Virus record (IMG/VR): IMGVR_UViG_2565956724_000008
Location: 1 to 47,980 of that record
Strand: one strand, 5' to 3'
DNA length: 47,980 bases
Source of the DNA: a virus
Lineage: Duplodnaviria; Heunggongvirae; Uroviricota; Caudoviricetes
Shown: positions 18,908-27,612 of the stretch, piece after piece
Position numbering within the stretch: position 1 is the stretch's first letter
Layout of the letters: the number at the start of each line of letters is the position of its first letter
Made by a program: the position numbers and the translations under genes
The notes under the pieces: model-generated
What the model was told of the DNA's origin: nothing
Database searches by the model: none
The model's input: the letters and a program-made list of their open reading frames with translations, nothing else

Positions 18908-19659
18908 GACGGGTGTTTGTGGATAAAAAGTTTTCCATTTTGAGAAAAAGAGTAAAGCATTCTCAAAAGAAAGTTATGGATTGTATTATTGCTGACCATA
19001 ATGCTGATATATGTGTGTTATGCGGGAGTTCTGACGATATTACTCGTGAGCACATTATTCCTCAGTGGGCCTTTGAGTCAAATGCTGAAAAATCTTTAAT
19101 TAATAAAAAGAATAATCAGTCAACTCATTACATTAAAGCCACTGTACCAGCATGCAGAGTGTGCAATTCTGATTTGCTGGGAGTGTTTGAGTATAACCTG
19201 AAGAAATTTCTTACGGAAAAGAGAGGGGAGGAGTTAACAGATTATGAGTATGATTGCATCATATGGTGGTTGCAATACATGGGTTTTAAGTTGCAATTAA
19301 TGGATTTGCGGAACCGCTTTCTCAGGTATAAAGGTGGTGATTATATCCCGTTTCTTGCAAACTTCCCGGTTGCAATGTTTTGGGGGAATGTCGATACGAC
19401 GCCGGGGGATGTCTTCAGGATTATACGAAAATCGCGACGCAATCTGATGTCGAAATGGAAGGATAAAAAACATAATTCTTTGATGGTTTTTGAAACATCA
19501 AACAAGAGTTTTCATTTCTTTCATAAGGTTGATGAATTTATTTTTATTGAAATTCCTCAGGTTAAGAAGGCGTTTTTCTTCTTTTTTAATAAAGAATTTG
19601 ACAGCCATGATTTAGCTCATGAGGAGTGTATGAAGATTATAGAGAAGTGCTACAACTAA
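18904..19659 (+). CDS. HNH-motif protein, AT-rich cargo gene in the S-V slot (P2 orf30 position)
   Basis: 251 aa; CVLCG...REHIIPQW...CRVCN fits a CxxC/H/N/CxxC HNH nuclease motif; visibly AT-rich against GC-rich neighbours; start overlaps the S stop. Confidence 0.6.
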   Translation: MRRVFVDKKFSILRKRVKHSQKKVMDCIIADHNADICVLCGSSDDITREHIIPQWAFESNAEKSLINKKNNQSTHYIKATVPACRVCNSDLLGVFEYNLKKFLTEKRGEELTDYEYDCIIWWLQYMGFKLQLMDLRNRFLRYKGGDYIPFLANFPVAMFWGNVDTTPGDVFRIIRKSRRNLMSKWKDKKHNSLMVFETSNKSFHFFHKVDEFIFIEIPQVKKAFFFFFNKEFDSHDLAHEECMKIIEKCYN

Positions 19660-19736
19660 TATTTGTTATGTTGTGTCACAGCTGACAGAACCCTCCATGA
19701 TTGCTGCTGGTATCGTCCAGCGGCATCCTTCCCGTT

Positions 19737-20372
19737 ATGAACACTCTCGCAAATATTCAGGAACTCGCGCGCGCACTGCGCAATATGATTCGCACCGGCG
19801 TTATCGTCGAAACCGACCTTAACGCCGGTCGCTGCCGTGTGCAGACCGGCGGCATGTGCACCGACTGGCTTCAGTGGTTGACCCATCGTGCCGGGCGTTC
19901 GCGTACATGGTGGGCACCTTCCGTGGGGGAACAGGTGCTGATTCTGGCCGTGGGCGGTGAACTTGACACGGCGTTTGTTCTGCCGGGGATTTATTCCGGT
20001 GATAACCCCGCGCCGTCTGCGTCGGCGGATGCCCTGTATATCCGTTTCCCTGACGGGGCGGTGATTGAGTATGAACCCGAAACCAGTGCACTCATGGTAA
20101 GCGGAATTAAAACGGCCAGCGTGACGGCTTCTGATTCTGTTACTGCCACGGTGCCGGTGGTCATGGTGAAAGCATCAACCCGCATCACCATGGACGCACC
20201 GGAGGTGGTCTGCACCAACAGGCTGATTACCGACACGCTGGAAGTGCAGAAGGGCGGGACGATGCGCGGCAACATTGAACACACCGGCGGTGAACTCTCA
20301 TCAAACGGTAAGGTACTGCATACCCATAAACACCCCGGCGACAGCGGCGGCACAACCGGGAGTCCTCTATGA
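19737..20372 (+). CDS. V: baseplate spike/assembly protein V
   Basis: Start placed at MNTLANIQEL (ATG 19737), giving 211 aa as in P2 V. Confidence 0.85.
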   Translation: MNTLANIQELARALRNMIRTGVIVETDLNAGRCRVQTGGMCTDWLQWLTHRAGRSRTWWAPSVGEQVLILAVGGELDTAFVLPGIYSGDNPAPSASADALYIRFPDGAVIEYEPETSALMVSGIKTASVTASDSVTATVPVVMVKASTRITMDAPEVVCTNRLITDTLEVQKGGTMRGNIEHTGGELSSNGKVLHTHKHPGDSGGTTGSPL

Positions 20373-20716
20373 CAGCGCGTTATCTCGGAATGAATCGCAG
20401 TGATGGCCTGACTGTCACTGACCTTGAGCATATCAGCCAGAGTATCGGCGATATCCTGCGCACACCGGTCGGCTCACGGGTGATGCGTCGTGATTACGGC
20501 TCGTTGCTGGCGTCAATGATTGACCAGCCGCAGACCCCGGCGCTTGAGTTGCAGATTAAGGTCGCCTGTTACATGGCCGTGCTGAAATGGGAACCCCGCG
20601 TCACCCTGTCATCCGTCACCACGGCGCGCAGTTTTGACGGGCGAATGACGGTCACGTTAACCGGCCAGCACAACGACACCGGCCAGCCACTTTCGTTAAC
20701 CATCCCTGTGAGTTGA
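20369..20716 (+). CDS. W: baseplate protein W (gp25-like)
   Basis: 115 aa as in P2 W. Confidence 0.85.
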   Translation: MTARYLGMNRSDGLTVTDLEHISQSIGDILRTPVGSRVMRRDYGSLLASMIDQPQTPALELQIKVACYMAVLKWEPRVTLSSVTTARSFDGRMTVTLTGQHNDTGQPLSLTIPVS

Positions 20717-20720
20717 AACC

Positions 20721-21629
20721 ATGCCGATTATCGACCTGAACCAGCTACCCGCACCGGATGTGGTCGAGGAGCTGGACTTTGAAACCATTCTTGCCGAACG
20801 CAAGGCGACACTGATTTCCCTTTACCCGGAAGACCAGCAGGAGGCGGTCGCCCGTACCCTGACGCTGGAATCTGAGCCTCTCGTCAAACTGCTGGAGGAA
20901 AATGCTTATCGTGAGCTTATCTGGCGTCAGCGTGTGAATGAGGCTGCACGGGCGGTGATGCTGGCCTGTGCCGCCGGTAATGACCTTGATGTGATTGGTG
21001 CCAATTACAACACCACACGCCTGATTATCACCCCGGCAGATGATTCGACCCTCCCGCCGACACCGGCCGTGATGGAATCTGACACCGATTATCGTCTGCG
21101 TATTCAGCAGGCGTTTGAAGGTTTAAGCGTCGCCGGGTCGGTGGGGGCCTATCAGTATCATGGTCGAAGTGCCGACGGGCGTGTCGCAGATATCTCTGTC
21201 ACCAGTCCTTCTCCGGCCTGCGTCACCATCTCTGTGCTGTCACGTGAAAATAACGGTGTGGCATCCGAAGACCTGCTGGCGGTGGTGCGCAACGCCCTTA
21301 ATGGTGAGGACGTCAGACCGGTGGCCGACCGTGTGACCGTGCAGTCTGCCGTCATCGTTGAATACCAGATAAATGCCACGCTTTACCTTTACCCTGGCCC
21401 CGAAAGCGAACCCATTCGCGCTGCCGCCGTGAAAAAACTGGAAGCGTATATCACGGCACAGCACCGGCTGGGGCGCGACATCCGACTGTCTGCCATTTAT
21501 GCCGCTTTGCATGTGGAAGGCGTGCAGCGTGTCGAACTGGCTGCACCGCTGGCCGACATCGTGCTCAACAATACGCAGGCGTCTTTCTGTACCGAATACA
21601 GCGTCGTGACCGGAGGCTCGGATGAGTGA
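20721..21629 (+). CDS. J: baseplate protein J
   Basis: 302 aa as in P2 J. Confidence 0.85.
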   Translation: MPIIDLNQLPAPDVVEELDFETILAERKATLISLYPEDQQEAVARTLTLESEPLVKLLEENAYRELIWRQRVNEAARAVMLACAAGNDLDVIGANYNTTRLIITPADDSTLPPTPAVMESDTDYRLRIQQAFEGLSVAGSVGAYQYHGRSADGRVADISVTSPSPACVTISVLSRENNGVASEDLLAVVRNALNGEDVRPVADRVTVQSAVIVEYQINATLYLYPGPESEPIRAAAVKKLEAYITAQHRLGRDIRLSAIYAALHVEGVQRVELAAPLADIVLNNTQASFCTEYSVVTGGSDE

Positions 21630-22233
21630 TTCGCGACTGCTGCCGACCGGCTCATCACCGCTTGAAGTCGCTGCCGCAAAAGCCTGTGCGGAAATTGAAA
21701 AAACGCCGGTCAGTATTCGTGAGCTGTGGAACCCGGACACCTGCCCGGCAAATCTGCTGCCGTGGCTGGCGTGGTCATTTTCGGTTGACCGCTGGGATGA
21801 TAAGTGGCCGGAAGCGACAAAACGCGCTGTTATCCGCGATGCGTATTTCATTCACTGCCATAAGGGCACTATAGGCGCAATCCGGCGTGTGGTGGAGCCG
21901 CTCGGCTATCTGATTGAGGTGAGGGAGTGGTGGCAGCTCAACGAGGAGCCGGGGACGTTCCGCATCGTTGTTGGCGTGCTTGAGCAGGGTATTACCGAGG
22001 AAATGTATCAGGAGCTGGAGCGCCTCGTTGCTGATGCAAAACCGGCAAGCCGCCATCTGACGGGACTGGCTATCAGTTTAAGTACAACCGGCAACATTTT
22101 TGCCGGTGCGGGATGCTATCACGGTGACGCCCTGACGGTTTATCCCTACACCCCGGAGGCCATTATTGTCGGAGGGGATTATTTCCCGGCCTCGGCCATT
22201 CATTTAATTGATAACCTGAGAGTAAACGCATGA
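21622..22233 (+). CDS. I: baseplate/tail protein I
   Basis: 203 aa in the P2 I position immediately upstream of the tail fibre gene (P2 I is shorter). Confidence 0.75.
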   Translation: MSDSRLLPTGSSPLEVAAAKACAEIEKTPVSIRELWNPDTCPANLLPWLAWSFSVDRWDDKWPEATKRAVIRDAYFIHCHKGTIGAIRRVVEPLGYLIEVREWWQLNEEPGTFRIVVGVLEQGITEEMYQELERLVADAKPASRHLTGLAISLSTTGNIFAGAGCYHGDALTVYPYTPEAIIVGGDYFPASAIHLIDNLRVNA

Positions 22234-23537
22234 CAGTGAAATACTACGCCATTCTGACTAATCAGGGCGCAGCACGGCTGGCTAACGCGACGATGCTCGG
22301 CAGTAAGCTGAATCTGACGCAAATGGCCGTTGGTGATGCGAATGGTGTCTTGCCGACACCAGACCCGGCACAGACAAAACTGATTAACCAGAAACGCATC
22401 GCGCCGCTGAATCTTCTGAGTGTTGACCCGAACAACCAGAGCCAGATTATTGCGGAGCAAATCATCCCTGAGAACGAGGGCGGATTCTGGATCCGTGAGA
22501 TTGGGCTTTATGATGATGAAGGCGTACTCATTGCGGTGGCGAACTGCCCGGAAACGTACAAACCGCAGTTGCAGGAAGGCAGTGGTCGTACCCAGACTAT
22601 CCGCATGATTCTGGTTGTCACGAATACCGAAGCTATTACGCTGAAAATCGACCCGTCGGTGGTACTGGCGACCCGTAAATACGTGGATGATGAAGTCCTG
22701 GAATTAAGGCTGTATGTGGATGACCAGATGAGAAACCACATTGCCGCACAGGATCCTCATACCCAGTATGCACAGAAATATAATCCGACATTTACCGGAG
22801 AACCAAAAGCGCCGACGCCTGCCGCAGGGAATAACACCACGCGGATTGCGACCACTGAGTTTGTTCAGGCCGCTATTACCGCTCTGATTAACGGTGCGCC
22901 AGCCACGCTGGACACACTGAAAGAAATTGCCGCAGCCATTAACAATGACCCGAAATTCAGTACCACCATTAACAATGCGCTGTCAGGTAAGCAGCCACTG
23001 GATGAGACGCTGACTCATTTGAGTGGAAAGGATGTTGCCGGTCTTCTCGCATACCTTGGTTTGGGAGAAGGCTCTGCATTACCTGTTGGTGTGCCTGTTC
23101 CATGGCCTTCAGCCACACCGCCAACAGGCTGGCTGAAATGCAACGGTGCGGCTTTTTCTGCTGAAGAATACCCGGAACTGGCAAAGGCTTATCCGACAAA
23201 TAAATTGCCTGATTTACGTGGTGAGTTTATTCGTGGCTGGGATGACGGGCGCGGTATTGATGCAGGACGTGTTTTATTGAGCATTCAGACAGGGATGCTG
23301 GAAAAACACCGCCATATTGTTGTTGCCAATGATGGTTACGACACAAAAGATGAATGGGAACTGGCTACGATTTTCAAAAAGACATACACACAAGGACGGG
23401 GACTTGATGCCGCAAATACAGGAGGGAGTCTGATCCCATCACCGACACTTCATTCACGAGGGAGTATCGGTAATACTGGCGGGAGTGAAACCCGTCCACG
23501 AAATATTGCATTTAACTATATCGTGAGGGCTGCATAA
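22230..23537 (+). CDS. H: tail fibre protein H (constant N-terminal part plus variable tip Sv)
   Basis: 435 aa; N-terminal region resembles P2 H (MAVGD..., ELGLYDD...LIAVAN); C-terminal ~155 aa has a Mu/P1 S-like tail-collar pattern (PVPWPSATPPTGWLKCNGAAFS...). The constant/variable boundary falls at the hix-like site. Confidence 0.85.
   Translation: MTVKYYAILTNQGAARLANATMLGSKLNLTQMAVGDANGVLPTPDPAQTKLINQKRIAPLNLLSVDPNNQSQIIAEQIIPENEGGFWIREIGLYDDEGVLIAVANCPETYKPQLQEGSGRTQTIRMILVVTNTEAITLKIDPSVVLATRKYVDDEVLELRLYVDDQMRNHIAAQDPHTQYAQKYNPTFTGEPKAPTPAAGNNTTRIATTEFVQAAITALINGAPATLDTLKEIAAAINNDPKFSTTINNALSGKQPLDETLTHLSGKDVAGLLAYLGLGEGSALPVGVPVPWPSATPPTGWLKCNGAAFSAEEYPELAKAYPTNKLPDLRGEFIRGWDDGRGIDAGRVLLSIQTGMLEKHRHIVVANDGYDTKDEWELATIFKKTYTQGRGLDAANTGGSLIPSPTLHSRGSIGNTGGSETRPRNIAFNYIVRAA
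23044..23069. other. hix/gix-like 26-bp invertase crossover site (left)
   Basis: TTCTCGCATACC-TT-GGTTTGGGAGAA: two 12-bp imperfectly palindromic half-sites around a 2-bp core, close to Hin hixL (TTCTTGAAAACCAAGGTTTTTGATAA, recalled); arm symmetry ends 1 bp after it. Confidence 0.6.
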
Positions 23538-24139
23538 TGGATAACGCCGTATTAAATAGCGAGCTTATTGCCACGAAGGCGGGGAATATTACCGTCTATA
23601 ACTATGATGGTAAAACTCGGGAATATATTTCTACTTCAAATGAATATCTTGCCATTGGTGTCGGTATCCCTGCATATTCCTGTCTGGATGAACCTGGTAT
23701 ACATAAGGCGGGTTATGCTATCTGCCGTTCGATGGATTTAAACTCATGGGAATATGTGCCAGACCATCGCGGTGAAATCGTCTATAACACCGAAACGGGA
23801 GACGCCAAAGAAATCACAGCTCCGGGTGATTATCCTGAAAATACAACCACTATCGCCCCGTTAACGCCATTCGATAAATGGGATGGTAAGAAATGGGTGA
23901 CCGATACTGAGGCACAGCATAGCGCCGCAGTAGACGCGGCAGAAGCACTGCGTCAGTCACTGATTGATACTGCAATGGCTTCCATCAGTCTGATTCAACT
24001 GAAATTGCAGGCCGGGCGGAAGCTGACGCAGGCAGAAACCACCCGACTTAACGCTGTGCTGGATTACATTGACGCGGTGACGGCAACAGATACGAGCACC
24101 GCGCCGGATGTCATCTGGCCTGAACTGCCGGAGGCGTAG
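23537..24139 (+). CDS. G: tail fibre assembly protein (P2 G / Mu U-like)
   Basis: 200 aa immediately downstream of H; C-terminus ...APDVIWPELPEA is typical of tail-fibre-assembly chaperones. Confidence 0.75.
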   Translation: MDNAVLNSELIATKAGNITVYNYDGKTREYISTSNEYLAIGVGIPAYSCLDEPGIHKAGYAICRSMDLNSWEYVPDHRGEIVYNTETGDAKEITAPGDYPENTTTIAPLTPFDKWDGKKWVTDTEAQHSAAVDAAEALRQSLIDTAMASISLIQLKLQAGRKLTQAETTRLNAVLDYIDAVTATDTSTAPDVIWPELPEA

Positions 24140-24551
24140 GCCATTCAATATCTGGCGCACCGGAAGTATCGACCAGTTCCAGTGCGTCCAGGTAATCCAG
24201 CCACAAATTATATTGCGCCAGTTCGTCACCTTTCAGACGACCAATAGCCGCTTTACCAGGCCATTGTTTACTGTTCATATAATCGTTGGCCTGATTAATC
24301 AATTGCTGCTTCTCCAGTTCGGCTGCAGCAATTTGTTCCTCATGTGTTGGTGGTGGAATTTCGGACCATGCAGGAAAACCATTTTCTCCAGCGATACGGA
24401 TTTTTCCTTTCGGCGGTAATCCGGAAAACTCAATATACACTTGCTCATCAACTTCAACAGCATCATCTGGCCATGAGTCAGCTTGAGTGTAATCCTCTTT
24501 CATCTCCAGCGGATAGAAAGAGTTTGTAGTCGCGGAATATATGTAATTCAT
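24111..24551 (-). CDS. alternative tail fibre assembly protein (Mu U'-like)
   Basis: 146 aa, convergent with G and overlapping its 3' end by 29 bp; C-terminus ...APDIEWPTPPA resembles that of G; GGAG ribosome-binding site upstream. Confidence 0.7.
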   Translation of the reverse strand: MNYIYSATTNSFYPLEMKEDYTQADSWPDDAVEVDEQVYIEFSGLPPKGKIRIAGENGFPAWSEIPPPTHEEQIAAAELEKQQLINQANDYMNSKQWPGKAAIGRLKGDELAQYNLWLDYLDALELVDTSGAPDIEWPTPPAVQAR

Positions 24552-24572
24552 TTTTCACTCCATATAGCTAAA

Positions 24573-25751
24573 TTAACAGCCTAACGCTAAAAATGAAGCG
24601 CCGAGGCCAGGATTACTGGCTCTGGATATAAATTTAACCGGGTCGGGACTAAAACCTGCACAGGCAATATAACCAACAGCCCCGCTATCTGGTGTATAGT
24701 CTTGTGAGACCAAAACACGCAGACATCTGTTTGGAAATGCAATTGGGAAATGGGTTACTACATCCTGTGCAATGCCTGGAGCGCCGATTGAGCCCCACTG
24801 AAGAATAAAACCTGATGGTAATTTTTGATATCCAGTACCTGAAACAGAAAGCGTGAAGCTACCCATATCAGGTATCTGATTCGCCCCTGTCCCTACATTC
24901 CTTTTAGCCGCTTCTCCCAAACCAAGGTATGCGAGAAGACCGGCAACATCCTTTCCACTCAAATGAGTCAGCGTCTCATCCAGTGGCTGCTTACCTGACA
25001 GCGCATTGTTAATGGTGGTACTGAATTTCGGGTCATTGTTAATGGCTGCGGCAATTTCTTTCAGTGTGTCCAGCGTGGCTGGCGCACCGTTAATCAGAGC
25101 GGTAATAGCGGCCTGAACAAACTCAGTGGTCGCAATCCGCGTGGTGTTATTCCCTGCGGCAGGCGTCGGCGCTTTTGGTTCTCCGGTAAATGTCGGATTA
25201 TATTTCTGTGCATACTGGGTATGAGGATCCTGTGCGGCAATGTGGTTTCTCATCTGGTCATCCACATACAGCCTTAATTCCAGGACTTCATCATCCACGT
25301 ATTTACGGGTCGCCAGTACCACCGACGGGTCGATTTTCAGCGTAATAGCTTCGGTATTCGTGACAACCAGAATCATGCGGATAGTCTGGGTACGACCACT
25401 GCCTTCCTGCAACTGCGGTTTGTACGTTTCCGGGCAGTTCGCCACCGCAATGAGTACGCCTTCATCATCATAAAGCCCAATCTCACGGATCCAGAATCCG
25501 CCCTCGTTCTCAGGGATGATTTGCTCCGCAATAATCTGGCTCTGGTTGTTCGGGTCAACACTCAGAAGATTCAGCGGCGCGATGCGTTTCTGGTTAATCA
25601 GTTTTGTCTGTGCCGGGTCTGGTGTCGGCAAGACACCATTCGCATCACCAACGGCCATTTGCGTCAGATTCAGCTTACTGCCGAGCATCGTCGCGTTAGC
25701 CAGCCGTGCTGCGCCCTGATTAGTCAGAATGGCGTAGTATTTCACTGTCAT
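24573..25751 (-). CDS. H: tail fibre protein H with alternative variable tip (Sv')
   Basis: 392 aa; N-terminal ~280 aa identical to the left-arm H, C-terminal ~112 aa unrelated to Sv; the switch occurs exactly at the right hix-like site. Confidence 0.8.
   Translation of the reverse strand: MTVKYYAILTNQGAARLANATMLGSKLNLTQMAVGDANGVLPTPDPAQTKLINQKRIAPLNLLSVDPNNQSQIIAEQIIPENEGGFWIREIGLYDDEGVLIAVANCPETYKPQLQEGSGRTQTIRMILVVTNTEAITLKIDPSVVLATRKYVDDEVLELRLYVDDQMRNHIAAQDPHTQYAQKYNPTFTGEPKAPTPAAGNNTTRIATTEFVQAAITALINGAPATLDTLKEIAAAINNDPKFSTTINNALSGKQPLDETLTHLSGKDVAGLLAYLGLGEAAKRNVGTGANQIPDMGSFTLSVSGTGYQKLPSGFILQWGSIGAPGIAQDVVTHFPIAFPNRCLRVLVSQDYTPDSGAVGYIACAGFSPDPVKFISRASNPGLGASFLALGC
24912..24937. 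other. hix/gix-like 26-bp invertase crossover site (right, inverted)
   Basis: Reverse complement of the site at 23044..23069. Confidence 0.6.
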
Positions 25752-26359
25752 GCGTTTACTCTCAGGTTATCAATTAAATGAATGGCCGAGGCCGGGAAAT
25801 AATCCCCTCCGACAATAATGGCCTCCGGGGTGTAGGGATAAACCGTCAGGGCGTCACCGTGATAGCATCCCGCACCGGCAAAAATGTTGCCGGTTGTACT
25901 TAAACTGATAGCCAGTCCCGTCAGATGGCGGCTTGCCGGTTTTGCATCAGCAACGAGGCGCTCCAGCTCCTGATACATTTCCTCGGTAATACCCTGCTCA
26001 AGCACGCCAACAACGATGCGGAACGTCCCCGGCTCCTCGTTGAGCTGCCACCACTCCCTCACCTCAATCAGATAGCCGAGCGGCTCCACCACACGCCGGA
26101 TTGCGCCTATAGTGCCCTTATGGCAGTGAATGAAATACGCATCGCGGATAACAGCGCGTTTTGTCGCTTCCGGCCACTTATCATCCCAGCGGTCAACCGA
26201 AAATGACCACGCCAGCCACGGCAGCAGATTTGCCGGGCAGGTGTCCGGGTTCCACAGCTCACGAATACTGACCGGCGTTTTTTCAATTTCCGCACAGGCT
26301 TTTGCGGCAGCGACTTCAAGCGGTGATGAGCCGGTCGGCAGCAGTCGCGAATCACTCAT
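25748..26359 (-). CDS. I: baseplate/tail protein I (mirror copy)
   Basis: Mirror of 21622..22233; identical translation. Confidence 0.75.
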   Translation of the reverse strand: MSDSRLLPTGSSPLEVAAAKACAEIEKTPVSIRELWNPDTCPANLLPWLAWSFSVDRWDDKWPEATKRAVIRDAYFIHCHKGTIGAIRRVVEPLGYLIEVREWWQLNEEPGTFRIVVGVLEQGITEEMYQELERLVADAKPASRHLTGLAISLSTTGNIFAGAGCYHGDALTVYPYTPEAIIVGGDYFPASAIHLIDNLRVNA

Positions 26360-27260
26360 CCGAGCCTCCGGTCACGACGCTGTATTCGGTACAGAAAGAC
26401 GCCTGCGTATTGTTGAGCACGATGTCGGCCAGCGGTGCAGCCAGTTCGACACGCTGCACGCCTTCCACATGCAAAGCGGCATAAATGGCAGACAGTCGGA
26501 TGTCGCGCCCCAGCCGGTGCTGTGCCGTGATATACGCTTCCAGTTTTTTCACGGCGGCAGCGCGAATGGGTTCGCTTTCGGGGCCAGGGTAAAGGTAAAG
26601 CGTGGCATTTATCTGGTATTCAACGATGACGGCAGACTGCACGGTCACACGGTCGGCCACCGGTCTGACGTCCTCACCATTAAGGGCGTTGCGCACCACC
26701 GCCAGCAGGTCTTCGGATGCCACACCGTTATTTTCACGTGACAGCACAGAGATGGTGACGCAGGCCGGAGAAGGACTGGTGACAGAGATATCTGCGACAC
26801 GCCCGTCGGCACTTCGACCATGATACTGATAGGCCCCCACCGACCCGGCGACGCTTAAACCTTCAAACGCCTGCTGAATACGCAGACGATAATCGGTGTC
26901 AGATTCCATCACGGCCGGTGTCGGCGGGAGGGTCGAATCATCTGCCGGGGTGATAATCAGGCGTGTGGTGTTGTAATTGGCACCAATCACATCAAGGTCA
27001 TTACCGGCGGCACAGGCCAGCATCACCGCCCGTGCAGCCTCATTCACACGCTGACGCCAGATAAGCTCACGATAAGCATTTTCCTCCAGCAGTTTGACGA
27101 GAGGCTCAGATTCCAGCGTCAGGGTACGGGCGACCGCCTCCTGCTGGTCTTCCGGGTAAAGGGAAATCAGTGTCGCCTTGCGTTCGGCAAGAATGGTTTC
27201 AAAGTCCAGCTCCTCGACCACATCCGGTGCGGGTAGCTGGTTCAGGTCGATAATCGGCAT
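26352..27260 (-). CDS. J: baseplate protein J (mirror copy)
   Basis: Mirror of 20721..21629; identical translation. Confidence 0.85.
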   Translation of the reverse strand: MPIIDLNQLPAPDVVEELDFETILAERKATLISLYPEDQQEAVARTLTLESEPLVKLLEENAYRELIWRQRVNEAARAVMLACAAGNDLDVIGANYNTTRLIITPADDSTLPPTPAVMESDTDYRLRIQQAFEGLSVAGSVGAYQYHGRSADGRVADISVTSPSPACVTISVLSRENNGVASEDLLAVVRNALNGEDVRPVADRVTVQSAVIVEYQINATLYLYPGPESEPIRAAAVKKLEAYITAQHRLGRDIRLSAIYAALHVEGVQRVELAAPLADIVLNNTQASFCTEYSVVTGGSDE

Positions 27261-27264
27261 GGTT

Positions 27265-27612
27265 TCAACTCACAGGGATGGTTAACGAAAGTGGCTGGCC
27301 GGTGTCGTTGTGCTGGCCGGTTAACGTGACCGTCATTCGCCCGTCAAAACTGCGCGCCGTGGTGACGGATGACAGGGTGACGCGGGGTTCCCATTTCAGC
27401 ACGGCCATGTAACAGGCGACCTTAATCTGCAACTCAAGCGCCGGGGTCTGCGGCTGGTCAATCATTGACGCCAGCAACGAGCCGTAATCACGACGCATCA
27501 CCCGTGAGCCGACCGGTGTGCGCAGGATATCGCCGATACTCTGGCTGATATGCTCAAGGTCAGTGACAGTCAGGCCATCACTGCGATTCATTCCGAGATA
27601 ACGCGCTGTCAT
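27265..27612 (-). CDS. W: baseplate protein W (mirror copy)
   Basis: Mirror of 20369..20716; identical translation. Confidence 0.85.
   Translation of the reverse strand: MTARYLGMNRSDGLTVTDLEHISQSIGDILRTPVGSRVMRRDYGSLLASMIDQPQTPALELQIKVACYMAVLKWEPRVTLSSVTTARSFDGRMTVTLTGQHNDTGQPLSLTIPVS

Larger units (their letters stand above)
478..23070. mobile_element. P2-like prophage arm (att/int through tail fibre constant region), left copy
   Basis: Synteny int-C-cox-B-A-[cargo]-cos-Q-P-O-N-M-L-X-Y-K-lysA-lysB-lysC-R-S-[cargo]-V-W-J-I-H; protein lengths and N-termini match P2 from memory. Confidence 0.8.
23071..24910. other. invertible tail-fibre host-range cassette (Mu G-segment-like): Sv - tfa / tfa' - Sv'
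   Basis: The only non-mirrored segment; holds two alternative fibre C-termini and two convergent tail-fibre-assembly genes, flanked by inverted hix-like sites. Confidence 0.7.

Noticed and set aside
23071-24910. Site-specific serine invertase (Gin/Hin/Pin-like) gene in or beside the invertible cassette
   Set aside because: Looked for a ~180-200 aa ORF with a resolvase-type N-terminus in the centre and adjacent arms; none is present. The cassette is fully occupied by Sv, two tail-fibre-assembly genes and Sv'.
23071-24910. Hairpin telomere of a linear plasmid-prophage (N15-like) as the explanation for the palindrome
   Set aside because: No protelomerase or partition genes are present, the fold point lies inside a tail-fibre cassette rather than at a telomere-resolution site, and the arms include host flank plus an att core.
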